This document shows, piece after piece, positions 16,862-25,895 of a stretch of 35,806 nt of DNA (positions are counted from its first letter, which is position 1; each line of letters opens with the position of its first letter). A program made the position numbers and the translations under genes. The stretch lies in the NCBI GenBank assembly GCA_946625925.1, contig CAMOTP010000002.1, positions 1 through 35,806 on the forward strand, given 5' to 3'. This stretch comes from an uncultured Alphaproteobacteria bacterium (GTDB taxonomy: Bacteria; Pseudomonadota; Alphaproteobacteria; Rs-D84). The notes under the pieces are model-generated. The model had not been told where the DNA came from. It saw only the letters and a program-made list of their open reading frames with translations, and did no database searches.

Positions 16862-17093
16862 ATAATAATCCTTTTGCGTTAACCGCGCATACATTGGATA
16901 CAATCTGTCCCCATGGGGCATCCACGCCCATGCCAAGGGAAGCAAAAAACGATACCACACATTGCCATGCAAATTGTAGAAATTACTAGTATAATCAACA
17001 CTAAAATAATCCCACTGCTATGCGACAGACACAAGGTTATCAAACACATTTTATAAAAGCAAGCCAAAAGGAAAAAAACTAGATTTATGGTGG

Positions 17094-17654
17094 TTATTTA
17101 ATTATTTCCAAAACCTCGGGCAATTTATCACAGATAAAATGTCCACGACCACTAAATTTATGAACCCTGATTGCAGGCATTTCTTTTACAATTTTATCAA
17201 AACTGTTTATGATATAAAAATCGTCATCATCAGATATCATGATATCTGCACCCATAGATGTCCGGTTAATAATATCATTTGATAAATTAAAATCGCGATA
17301 AAATCCAAAAGGTTGATAATTTTCTGTGTCGCAGTATGGCGCAACCAATACAATTTGGCGAACGTGTAATTCCGGATGTGTTGCCATATATTTTAATATA
17401 AAACCACCACCCGCAGAATGTCCGACCAAAACGGTATCTGGATTTATATCTTGAAAATTCATTATGCGTTCCCACTCGTCATATTTCATTAAATTTACAT
17501 GTGCATGTGGAAATGCCGGCATTTGCATTACGACATCGCGGTCTTTTTCAATTTGGAATTGTAACCAATATTTCCATCCCTTGGACGGATTATATTCGCG
17601 TTTTGCCCAGTCATATTCAGGGTCCATAACCCCATGACAAAATATAATATTCAT
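17094..17654 (-). CDS. YdeN/RBBP9-type serine hydrolase (alpha/beta fold)
   Basis: 186 aa. The nucleophile elbow is VLVGHSAGG, and size and layout are typical of the serine hydrolase FSH/YdeN family. Confidence 0.6.
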   Translation of the reverse strand: MNIIFCHGVMDPEYDWAKREYNPSKGWKYWLQFQIEKDRDVVMQMPAFPHAHVNLMKYDEWERIMNFQDINPDTVLVGHSAGGGFILKYMATHPELHVRQIVLVAPYCDTENYQPFGFYRDFNLSNDIINRTSMGADIMISDDDDFYIINSFDKIVKEMPAIRVHKFSGRGHFICDKLPEVLEIIK

Positions 17655-17664
17655 GATTTTTTCC

Positions 17665-18948
17665 TTATTTTTCCAAAATATCCCCAGACTTGATATATTC
17701 AGGGGTGTCTTTATTTAACTTTTGTTGTGCTTTTTTTGCGAATTTTTTTGCCTTTTTAATATCGTTATTCATATTATAAAATTCAGCCAATGCCCAAAAT
17801 TCACGTCCGTCATCATACAGTTTTGCCAACACCCAATATGTAAGTGGTGCAGGTGAAATCAACAAAGAAGTTTTACATAATTCAACACCGCGTTCTTTAT
17901 CCCCGGGTTTGTCGCGTTCAGCCAAAACCAATGCTAATGCAGTTTGAATTTGTGGTGCATTGTTATCAAATTCTAATGCTTTTTCATATGCATTAACACT
18001 GTCATCATAATGCCCCAGTTGATATTCTATATCACCAAGTAATTCATAATAGTAAGGATTATCAGGGTTATGCTTTATCAATGTTTTTATACCAACCAAC
18101 GCAGAATCTAATGCACCGCCACGCATATTCCCAATTGTTCGTGCATAAACAGCAGCATCACTGGAATCACGATATGGATATTTATCTAAAATTCTGCGTT
18201 CTTGATACAGATATCCAATCAATTTAGCACGCGCCAGTTCGTATTCTGAATCTGAATAAGTTTTATATTTCCCAGAATGTTTTATATTTTTTATTTTTTC
18301 GCGGGTATTTTTTAATCGTTCATTGGTTAATGGGTGATTAGTATTGTTTTTATTCATTTTGGATTCTGCTGCACCAATTAAATCCCGCATTTGTTCAAAT
18401 ACAATAATCAGACCCTCAGGGTTTATATTGGCACGCACCATTAAATCAACAGCCAATTCATCTGCAATTCTTTCTTCATCACGCGAAAAAGACAACATTG
18501 ATTGTTTTGCTATTCCGCCAGCCCCAGCCAACACACCGGCACCCAACGATGGATTTCCCCCGGCAACAACCAAACCAATACCCAATGCCTGGATTACCAT
18601 TGCACGTTTCATTTCTGCATCCATTCGTGCAGACATTTGCGCAATGTGGCCACCAACCATATGTCCCAATTCATGTGCCACAACGGCCTGTAATGCATTC
18701 GGATTTTTTATTCGTGTCAACAGACCGGTATAAACAAAAACATCTTCGCCGCCGGTAACAAAAGCATTAAAACTATCATCGTTTACAATGTGTATTTTTA
18801 ACCTGTTTTCAGGTATATCTGCCGCAACTGCCACCGGTGTAATTAATTTGTGCAGTAATTTTTCTACTTCGGTATCATTAACAACAGACAACGCATGCGC
18901 TGGCATAATTACAAACATAGTTATTAAAAATATAAAAAATTTACGCAC
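17665..18948 (-). CDS. M48 family metallopeptidase with C-terminal TPR repeats (BepA/YfgC-like), exported
   Basis: It has a signal peptide, HELGHMVGGH, a downstream SRDEERIADELAVD (third ligand E..AD), and TPR-like repeats in the C-terminal half. Confidence 0.8.
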   Translation of the reverse strand: MRKFFIFLITMFVIMPAHALSVVNDTEVEKLLHKLITPVAVAADIPENRLKIHIVNDDSFNAFVTGGEDVFVYTGLLTRIKNPNALQAVVAHELGHMVGGHIAQMSARMDAEMKRAMVIQALGIGLVVAGGNPSLGAGVLAGAGGIAKQSMLSFSRDEERIADELAVDLMVRANINPEGLIIVFEQMRDLIGAAESKMNKNNTNHPLTNERLKNTREKIKNIKHSGKYKTYSDSEYELARAKLIGYLYQERRILDKYPYRDSSDAAVYARTIGNMRGGALDSALVGIKTLIKHNPDNPYYYELLGDIEYQLGHYDDSVNAYEKALEFDNNAPQIQTALALVLAERDKPGDKERGVELCKTSLLISPAPLTYWVLAKLYDDGREFWALAEFYNMNNDIKKAKKFAKKAQQKLNKDTPEYIKSGDILEK

Positions 18949-21004
18949 TTATATTCTCCCCACATCCAAATATATTCATTAAATCGCGTGCCCATACACC
19001 TGTATTATCATCGCATGCCGCACGTGCAGCCAATTTGAATAAATCCCTGTGTTCACGCCAGTCTGCAAAGTGATATTGAATCCAACCACTTTGACGCGTT
19101 CCTAATAACTCACCAACGCCACGCATCATTAAATCCTGTTCTGCTATAACAAAACCATCGTCGGTTTCGCACAGCACGTCCAACCGTTTCAACCCATCGG
19201 GACTGACATTATAACCATACAACAAAATACAATAAGATTGAATTTTTCCACGTCCAACCCTGCCACGTAATTGGTGCAGTGCAGCCAACCCAAATTGTTC
19301 TGCGTTTTCAATAACGATAATAGACGCACGTGGAACATCAATTCCGACCTCGATAACAGTTGTTGCAACTAATAAAGACATATCGGAATCATTATCGGCA
19401 AATTCCGCCATAACTTTATCACGTTCTGCTTTTGGCATTTGACCATGAACCAATCCAGCAGTTGGAAATATTTGTCGCAACATTTCATGACGTGATATAG
19501 CCGCAGCCGTTCCAATACCATTTTCGTCTTGCACCAATGGACAAATCCAAAATACCTTGGCACCATCATCAACTTGTTGTTTTATGCGTAAAATCAAATC
19601 GTTGGTGCGTGCAATTGGCAATTTTGTTGTTTTAATAGGCAAGCGACCAGCAGGCTTTTCATTTATAATTGAAATATCCATATCGCCATACATTGTCATA
19701 GATAATGTTCGCGGAATTGGTGTTGCCGACAAAGCCAATAAATCGACGTTTTTTCCTTTTGCACGCAAAGATTCACGTTGATTAACCCCAAAACGATGCT
19801 GCTCGTCAACTACAACCAATCCTAAATCTTTGTATTCGACATCATCTGAAAACAGTGCGTGCGTTCCTATAACAACCTTGGTTCGACCAGAACGTAACGA
19901 AGTTAATTTTTCACGACGATTAACCCCCTTGTCGCGTCCGGTTAATATATCACATACAATGCCCAGATTATCACACATAGGTTTTATTTTTGCAAAATGT
20001 TGCTGTGCCAAAGTATCAGTAGGTGCCAACAATGCGGTTTGCCCACCATTTTCTGCCATTTTTAATGCAGCAATTAACGCAACAATGGTTTTACCAGATC
20101 CGACATCACCTTGAACCAACCGCATCATAGGTATATCGCCATCCATATCTTTGAATATCTCGTCTAATACACGTTGTTGTGCATTTGTCAGTGAAAAAGG
20201 CAAAGCTTTATAAAATTTATCTAGGTAATTATGTTTTTGTATTCTTGGGATTTTTTTGTTTTTCTGGGTTGTCCGATTGCGTCGACTGATAGCAATAGCG
20301 GTTTGATGTGCCAATAATTCGCAATATGCCAATTTAGAAACATATACAGAATTTGGCAATAAATCATCAGATGCTTTGGCAAAATGTACATGACGTAACG
20401 CATCAAAAAATTCAACCATATACTCATCATCAGAATCAGAAATCACAGAATCCAATTTTGAAAAAATCTGATCACGTACATTTGCAAATGTTTTTTGTGT
20501 CAATCCCTCGCCAGATGGATAAATAGCCTGGGCGGTTGGGATTTTTTTCACATTTTCCATCGTTTCTATAAATTCAGGATGGTTTATCACAGGCGGTTCC
20601 CCAGCTTCGATTTTGCCACTAACCATACGCCATTGACCAATTGGCAATTTTTCCAACCAATAATCTACGAATTTGGAATTAAAAAATTGAATAACCACAG
20701 AATTGCCCATTTTATCGGCACATAACACACGTATTGCACGGGCGCGTTTCATCCAAGGTGCCGTTTTTGGCTTTTTATACGATTTAATCAATAATGGAAT
20801 AGTGATAACAGTGCCTGCATCAACACCAGCGACAGATTCTGCAATATCACGATTTCTGACATACGCGGGTTTATGCAACAAAAAATCTAAAACGCGTCGT
20901 CCCCCCAGTACATCTTCAAATCGGCTGGCCAACACCGGACCAACCCCCTTGATAAATTGTAAATCAGTATTCAAAAAAGCGGCAATTTCACTTCTCATAC
21001 CCAT
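18941..21004 (-). CDS. recG: ATP-dependent DNA helicase RecG
   Basis: It has a wedge-domain N-terminus, Walker A GDVGSGKT, DEQHRFG, and a C-terminal helicase domain with QLRGRVGRG. The track start at 21034 is a TTG. The ATG at 21004 (or 20998) is more likely, but no clear SD is present. Confidence 0.9.
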   Translation of the reverse strand: MGMRSEIAAFLNTDLQFIKGVGPVLASRFEDVLGGRRVLDFLLHKPAYVRNRDIAESVAGVDAGTVITIPLLIKSYKKPKTAPWMKRARAIRVLCADKMGNSVVIQFFNSKFVDYWLEKLPIGQWRMVSGKIEAGEPPVINHPEFIETMENVKKIPTAQAIYPSGEGLTQKTFANVRDQIFSKLDSVISDSDDEYMVEFFDALRHVHFAKASDDLLPNSVYVSKLAYCELLAHQTAIAISRRNRTTQKNKKIPRIQKHNYLDKFYKALPFSLTNAQQRVLDEIFKDMDGDIPMMRLVQGDVGSGKTIVALIAALKMAENGGQTALLAPTDTLAQQHFAKIKPMCDNLGIVCDILTGRDKGVNRREKLTSLRSGRTKVVIGTHALFSDDVEYKDLGLVVVDEQHRFGVNQRESLRAKGKNVDLLALSATPIPRTLSMTMYGDMDISIINEKPAGRLPIKTTKLPIARTNDLILRIKQQVDDGAKVFWICPLVQDENGIGTAAAISRHEMLRQIFPTAGLVHGQMPKAERDKVMAEFADNDSDMSLLVATTVIEVGIDVPRASIIVIENAEQFGLAALHQLRGRVGRGKIQSYCILLYGYNVSPDGLKRLDVLCETDDGFVIAEQDLMMRGVGELLGTRQSGWIQYHFADWREHRDLFKLAARAACDDNTGVWARDLMNIFGCGENISA

Positions 21005-21138
21005 AAAAGTACAGAATTTACACTTTTTAAGCAAGGAAAATCCATATAGTCAACATAATATAAAATTATTTTTTTAAGGTTTGCATTTCAAAATATAAAT
21101 TGATATGCTGTATGTCATTGACGCATCAAGGAGAAATT

Positions 21139-22197
21139 ATGTCTGGTCAGACAAAAAGAATTTTTAAGAAAATTATCAGTTATGCCGGTATATTTTTCTT
21201 TATGTTGGCGGCATTTATGTTGTGGTGGCAACTGCGTAATTACAGTTTGCACGACATTTTTAATGCAATTTTTGCAATTCCAAAGCGTAATTTGATTGCT
21301 GCATGTGTTGCGTGTTTTGGTGGATATTTGGCATTATCTTTATATGATTATTTGGCATTAAATTATGTTGGTGGACGTGTTTCTTGGTGGAAATGGATGC
21401 TGGCAGGAATGTTAGGGTTCGCTATCAGTAACAATGCCGGACATGCTGTGGTCAGTGGTGGCGCAATTCGTTATCGTCTGTATACCCGGTGGCGTATTAC
21501 GGGTGGTGATATATTGAAAATGCTGACTTTTTCGGGATTTACATACTTTCTGGGTTGTACAGCAATAGTTATCATCGGTTTCTTTTTGATTCCACATGAT
21601 ATTATAAATCAATCATCTGGCACCAGTATGGGCTTGGGGGCCTTGTTCATATTCTGTTTGGGGGTAATATTGGCTTATTTTGGGATGACGGTGTTTTTTC
21701 ACGATAAACAGATAAAAATAGGTCAAATTGTATTTAAAGTTCCACAAACAAAAACAGCATTTTTACAAACTGTATTGGGTATAACAGACAGTGTATTAGC
21801 TGGTATGGTGTTATATTTTTGTCTGATTCCGTTTTGGCATATATCATTTGGGACGTATATTGGATTGTTTGTTATTGCACAAACAACTGGTGTATTCAGT
21901 CAGGTCCCGGGTGGAATAGGGGTATTTGAAACAATATTCTTGTTGGCTTTGCCGGAAAATGTGGACAAGGCAACGGTGTTTGGTGCATTGTTGGCATATC
22001 GTATAATTTATTATGTTTTGCCATTGTTGGGTGTGGGCAGTTTGTTTATTATCTATGAACGGTGGTTGCGTGCGCGTATGAAACGTTGGTTGGCCGAGGC
22101 ACACGACAAAAGGGTAGAAGTCGTGGAAAAAATAAAAACCGTCACAAAATCGGTCAAAGATAACGTCACCAAAAAAATTCCCCACAGAAAAAAATAA
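21139..22197 (+). CDS. lysylphosphatidylglycerol-synthase-TM-region (UPF0104/MprF flippase-like) membrane protein
   Basis: About 352 aa and polytopic. The N-terminal KRIFKKIISYAGIFFF…LRNYSLHDIF…LSLYDYLAL pattern is typical of LPG_synthase_TM proteins. The SD aaggaga precedes the ATG at 21139. Confidence 0.55.
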   Translation: MSGQTKRIFKKIISYAGIFFFMLAAFMLWWQLRNYSLHDIFNAIFAIPKRNLIAACVACFGGYLALSLYDYLALNYVGGRVSWWKWMLAGMLGFAISNNAGHAVVSGGAIRYRLYTRWRITGGDILKMLTFSGFTYFLGCTAIVIIGFFLIPHDIINQSSGTSMGLGALFIFCLGVILAYFGMTVFFHDKQIKIGQIVFKVPQTKTAFLQTVLGITDSVLAGMVLYFCLIPFWHISFGTYIGLFVIAQTTGVFSQVPGGIGVFETIFLLALPENVDKATVFGALLAYRIIYYVLPLLGVGSLFIIYERWLRARMKRWLAEAHDKRVEVVEKIKTVTKSVKDNVTKKIPHRKK

Positions 22198-22265
22198 TTG
22201 ACTTTTTGCTTGATTTGTCAATTTTTTATGCTATATTTGGTATTGAAATCAACAAGGGGTGATGA

Positions 22266-23114
22266 ATGTACCAAGCAAAATTAGAATCTTTTTTATCAGA
22301 TTTATTGAACACAGATTCACTTGGTGGATATTTTTGGAATTTGATGGATTTGGCCAAGGGTAATATGGAACATTATTCTGGTCCACGCGATGAATCTGAT
22401 TATTACAGAATTATGGCGGGAAATAATTCTGACGAATATAAACGCCATAGCAAGGTATTGTTGGATTTTTATGAAAACATAGACAGCGACTATACAAAAA
22501 AATGTCTGACTTATTTTTTCTGGGTGGCTCCATTGGTTGTAGAACCATACCAATTTCAATCTATATTTTCTGGGACTAATTATCGTGAAATAGATTGTTA
22601 TACATGTATTATCGCAGATATTAATATGTTTTCGAATTCTAAATTAAAATACGATTTGTTAACTCGTATTATGAATAGAATAGAAAACAAATATGGTTTA
22701 AATAAAAAATATCGTACGGTTGTTCCAATGCAAGAAATGGATGAACAGGTGTACGAAGTTGCGCGTTTTTTCCGTGCAAATTGTAAATATGCAAAACAAG
22801 ATAATCCACAAATACGTGAAACATTACTGCAAGATTTGCATGGTTTTATGCGTTTTGCAAACCCCAGCAATGTAAAGTTGGATTATGCCAAAAGGCTGAG
22901 ACAGGTTTTGTTTCAAAAATTGCAACATACAATAAAAACTAATAATACTGACCAGGCCATACATGATGTATGCGCCCAAGCATATCAATATATTGCTGGT
23001 GCCAGTGCCGCAAATCAAACCTTTGTCGAACAGGCTTGGGATGAATTTGATTATCCTGCAATTATTGGCGTTCCATCAGTCGTGCAAAAAATATTAGATT
23101 CAAAAACAAAATAA
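22266..23114 (+). CDS. hypothetical protein (no recognisable domain)
   Basis: 282-aa ORF with a strong SD (aaggggtga) before the ATG. A possible promoter is ttgatt-16 nt-tatatt at about 22213..22240. Confidence 0.6.
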   Translation: MYQAKLESFLSDLLNTDSLGGYFWNLMDLAKGNMEHYSGPRDESDYYRIMAGNNSDEYKRHSKVLLDFYENIDSDYTKKCLTYFFWVAPLVVEPYQFQSIFSGTNYREIDCYTCIIADINMFSNSKLKYDLLTRIMNRIENKYGLNKKYRTVVPMQEMDEQVYEVARFFRANCKYAKQDNPQIRETLLQDLHGFMRFANPSNVKLDYAKRLRQVLFQKLQHTIKTNNTDQAIHDVCAQAYQYIAGASAANQTFVEQAWDEFDYPAIIGVPSVVQKILDSKTK

Positions 23115-23168
23115 AATATTTGTTATGGAATAAAAAAAAAAGAGGCATTTCGCCCCTTTTTTATATAT

Positions 23169-25499
23169 TTATCCAGCTCTGCCGTATCTTTCCCTATATA
23201 TCACAGCTTCTTCTGTTGCCATCTGCTGCATTTGGGATGTGCCTTTATCAAAGCCTGCTAACTTTTTCTTGCGTACACGATTTATTGCAAGTTTTAATGA
23301 ATGTGTTTTGCTGAAAGATTCTAATGTATCCCAATATGACATTAAATCCAGATATTTATCATGTGTGTCATCAGCCATTGTTGATCTTTCATCTGTTAAC
23401 ACATCACGTTGTGCAATCATGGATTGTTTATCCTGTTCTGCGTGTTGATATTCTGAATCTGCTGTGACAAAATCTTGTTCCGCCTTATCAAATTCTTGTT
23501 GTGCATTATCAAAATTTTGATAAGTTTTTTGTATTGTTTCCAATTCATGTCTGTCACCAGCCAATGATTTACGGAAATCTACATAGGCATTATAACTTTG
23601 TGGTTCCGTGTTTTTCCAATACTCTGCAAATTCACGTGTCCCAGGTGTATATCCTGCTGGTGTGCGTCCAGCAGCGGTTGCCAAAAATTCACGTTCCATT
23701 GATTGCAATGTCTGCATGTTTTCTTGGTATTTTTGGCTGTCTGCTGTAAACTTTTCTTGAACCACTTCGCGCCCACCATAACGTGTTTCCAATGCGGTTA
23801 ATTTTGCACGTGCAGATGTTAATGATGCTTCTTTGTTGTTTTTAATAGTTTCTTTATTGGCTCTTTCAGTTGCCCAATTTGCAATAACACCATCTTGGGC
23901 GGCTATTTGTGTATTATAACCATTGATTTGTGTATCTAATTCTTGTATATCCTGATTACGTTCACCCAACATTTGATTGCGTGCAACATCAATATCAGCC
24001 ATATTTCCATTAAATTTAGTGCGACGACGCATAACACCATTACGTATTGCCGCAACCCCACGACCGGTCAAAATAATCGTTTTCTTTGCAGCCCAATCAA
24101 ACCCCTTGGCCAATGCGCCAACTAATCCATATTTTTTTGCAATATTTGTTTGTGATAATACAGACAAATCTTCTTTGTTCATTGCATCCAATGTTCTGCT
24201 GTGCATAATCCCATATTTCATCACAGACAAAATTTCCATAGATGTTTTTGCGGCTTCGATATCATCATCTTTACCAGAATGAATTGCATCGACAATGATT
24301 CTGGATACTATTTTGCGCAATTGTTTTGCGTTGCGTAATGCACCATCAAATGCATCCGGCATTTTTTTTGAATATGTATCCATTTTTTTGGCAAACCATT
24401 CAAAGTGCTTTTTAGCACTCGGTGATTTTTCTTGGATTTTCGCGATAATTTTTTCTTTGTTTTCCAGAATTCCCTTGATTCCATCAACCGGTCTTAATCT
24501 TTTGCCATCTTTATTTTTGATACTGTCAAAAGTTTTAATAATAGTCTGTGAATAAGGCGACATATACACGCGTGTTCCACGCAACACATCAGTAAACTGA
24601 CGTAAATTACTGTCCCAGAAATCGTGAACTTTGTCTTTGACTTTATTCAGGAATTTTTTCTCGTCCTTGTATACTGGTGGAATATAGTCCTCACTTTTTT
24701 CATCATCAAAAGCAGTCTTTTCCAACCCTTTTTCAATCTTGGATGAAATTGTTCCTACATGGTCATATTTTTTAAATTCTTCGCGGAATTTAGCATTTCG
24801 GGTTAGTGTGCTTACCAATCCTGGCATTACAAATTGAAAGCCTGGGTGATAGTGTGCTTCGAACCATTGTTCCGCATTAGCAGGCAATTTATATTTATCA
24901 AATTTGTATTCTGCGGCCTCTGAACCTTCTGGAAATACTTCTGTTGGATATGCACGTATATAATTTACAACAGAAACAACCTGTTTACGAACCTTGGGGT
25001 CTGTTTTATACTTGCCATCTTTGATATTTTTGCGGAATTTTTCATAATTAAATTGATTATCATCAAAATTACGCAATATATACGGGTTGTCTTCTATTGC
25101 CTTGGTTAAATAAGCCTCGTTTTCATCATTTGCCAAGATTTTTGTATAAAAATCGGTTAATTGCGCCTCTGCCCCAGGAATAGGTTCTGGATGGTTGAAT
25201 ACTTTATTATCGCCAAAAAATTTGTCATAAATTCTTTCTTTAAACTGTTTGTTCAAAGAAGACTCGTCATCAGACATGTTTTCAAATACAGCCAAAAACG
25301 CCTTATATGCGGCTTTATTGGCAGCTTCGTCCAATACGTCAGTATAGGCCAGGTCTTTTTCCCAGTCCTTCATATGACCGACAAAGTCTTTGTTCTTTTT
25401 ATAAGAATCAAAGCGCTCTTTAACATCAGGACTCATTTGTTCCAAATGAATTTTCTTGACTAATTTCTCGATAAATACTTTAAAATCTGTTTCAGCCAT
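23169..25499 (-). CDS. hypothetical large protein, C-terminal third coiled-coil-like
   Basis: 776 aa from the ATG at 25499, which has a perfect SD (aaggagg plus 5 nt). The track start at 25538 is a GTG upstream of the predicted transcription start. The C-terminal region is Q/E/K/A-rich with heptad-like character. No family was recognised. Confidence 0.7.
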   Translation of the reverse strand: MAETDFKVFIEKLVKKIHLEQMSPDVKERFDSYKKNKDFVGHMKDWEKDLAYTDVLDEAANKAAYKAFLAVFENMSDDESSLNKQFKERIYDKFFGDNKVFNHPEPIPGAEAQLTDFYTKILANDENEAYLTKAIEDNPYILRNFDDNQFNYEKFRKNIKDGKYKTDPKVRKQVVSVVNYIRAYPTEVFPEGSEAAEYKFDKYKLPANAEQWFEAHYHPGFQFVMPGLVSTLTRNAKFREEFKKYDHVGTISSKIEKGLEKTAFDDEKSEDYIPPVYKDEKKFLNKVKDKVHDFWDSNLRQFTDVLRGTRVYMSPYSQTIIKTFDSIKNKDGKRLRPVDGIKGILENKEKIIAKIQEKSPSAKKHFEWFAKKMDTYSKKMPDAFDGALRNAKQLRKIVSRIIVDAIHSGKDDDIEAAKTSMEILSVMKYGIMHSRTLDAMNKEDLSVLSQTNIAKKYGLVGALAKGFDWAAKKTIILTGRGVAAIRNGVMRRRTKFNGNMADIDVARNQMLGERNQDIQELDTQINGYNTQIAAQDGVIANWATERANKETIKNNKEASLTSARAKLTALETRYGGREVVQEKFTADSQKYQENMQTLQSMEREFLATAAGRTPAGYTPGTREFAEYWKNTEPQSYNAYVDFRKSLAGDRHELETIQKTYQNFDNAQQEFDKAEQDFVTADSEYQHAEQDKQSMIAQRDVLTDERSTMADDTHDKYLDLMSYWDTLESFSKTHSLKLAINRVRKKKLAGFDKGTSQMQQMATEEAVIYRERYGRAG

Positions 25500-25546
25500 A
25501 CTTGCCTCCTTTTGTTCGGATGCGCTCTCCTCAACCACATCATATA

Positions 25547-25574
25547 ATTATAGTATTTTTTGACAAAAAATCAA
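25547..25574 (-). promoter_or_regulatory. sigma70-type promoter for the 776-aa gene
   Basis: On the minus strand: ttgatt (25574..25569), a 16-nt spacer, then tataat (25552..25547). It lies about 45 nt upstream of the SD-supported ATG. Confidence 0.5.
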
Positions 25575-25615
25575 GTGGCGACAAGTTTTTTTTTATAAAT
25601 TTTTTTTATAAAAAA

Positions 25616-25639
25616 AAACGATTGTTTTCACAATCGTTT
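25616..25639 (-). terminator. rho-independent terminator downstream of tRNA-Lys
   Basis: A 10-bp stem aaacgattgt/acaatcgttt with loop tttc. On the minus strand it is followed by a T8-9 run. Confidence 0.8.
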
Positions 25640-25646
25640 CTATTCG

Positions 25647-25723
25647 TGGTGGAGCCACAGGGATTCGAACCCTGGACCCACTGATTAAAAGTCAGTTGCT
25701 CTAGCCAGCTGAGCTATGGCTCC
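25647..25723 (-). tRNA. tRNA-Lys (anticodon TTT)
   Basis: The reverse complement folds as GGAGCCA/TA/GCTC-AGCTGGCTA-GAGC/A/ACTGA-CTTTTAA-TCAGT/GGGTC/CAGGG-TTCGAAT-CCCTG/TGGCTCC/ACCA (77 nt). Confidence 0.95.
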
Positions 25724-25837
25724 ATTGAAACTTTTTACAAGTTCGGGGCTAATTTTGACACAAAAAAAATAGAAATGCAAGAAAAAATTCAATTTTTTGC
25801 ATTTACAAACTAAAAAACACCAGTTTCAGCAAATGTC

Positions 25838-25867
25838 TTGGTAAAAAAAGCAATTTTATGCTATAAT
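25838..25867 (+). promoter_or_regulatory. possible sigma70-type promoter of the giant gene
   Basis: ttggta (25838..25843), an 18-nt spacer, then tataat (25862..25867). It lies about 28 nt upstream of the start codon. Confidence 0.45.
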
Positions 25868-25895
25868 TCACAAGAAATAAATAAAGGGTATGATT

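Noticed and set aside
16862-16972. N-terminal extensions proposed by the ORF track. These are rne to 16972, rseP to 7480, flavodoxin to 13311, Smr to 32197, the 789-aa version to 25538, TetR from 10594, UPF0104 from 21100, uppS to 8861 and frr to 9461.
   Set aside because: In each case the extension begins at a GTG, TTG or unsupported ATG. It adds non-homologous residues or overlaps a neighbouring gene or terminator, and an internal ATG has a properly spaced Shine-Dalgarno sequence.
22198-22240. Hairpin attgac-N14-gtcaat followed by tttttta, after the UPF0104 gene
   Set aside because: A 6-bp AT-rich stem with a 14-nt loop is marginal for an intrinsic terminator. It also overlaps the candidate promoter of the next gene, so I did not call it.
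23132-23166. Possible bidirectional terminator between the convergent 282-aa and 776-aa genes (aaaaagaggc-atttc-gcccctttttt)
   Set aside because: The stem needs an A:C mismatch and has only 3 uninterrupted GC pairs next to the loop. It is plausible but too weak to list as a feature.
25600-25617. Perfect T8-AT-A8 palindrome (and the neighbouring T9 run) upstream of the 776-aa gene
   Set aside because: It is most simply explained as the A/T tracts flanking the tRNA-Lys terminator hairpin, plus an AT-rich UP-like region of the adjacent promoter. Homopolymer palindromes are expected by chance in DNA this AT-rich.
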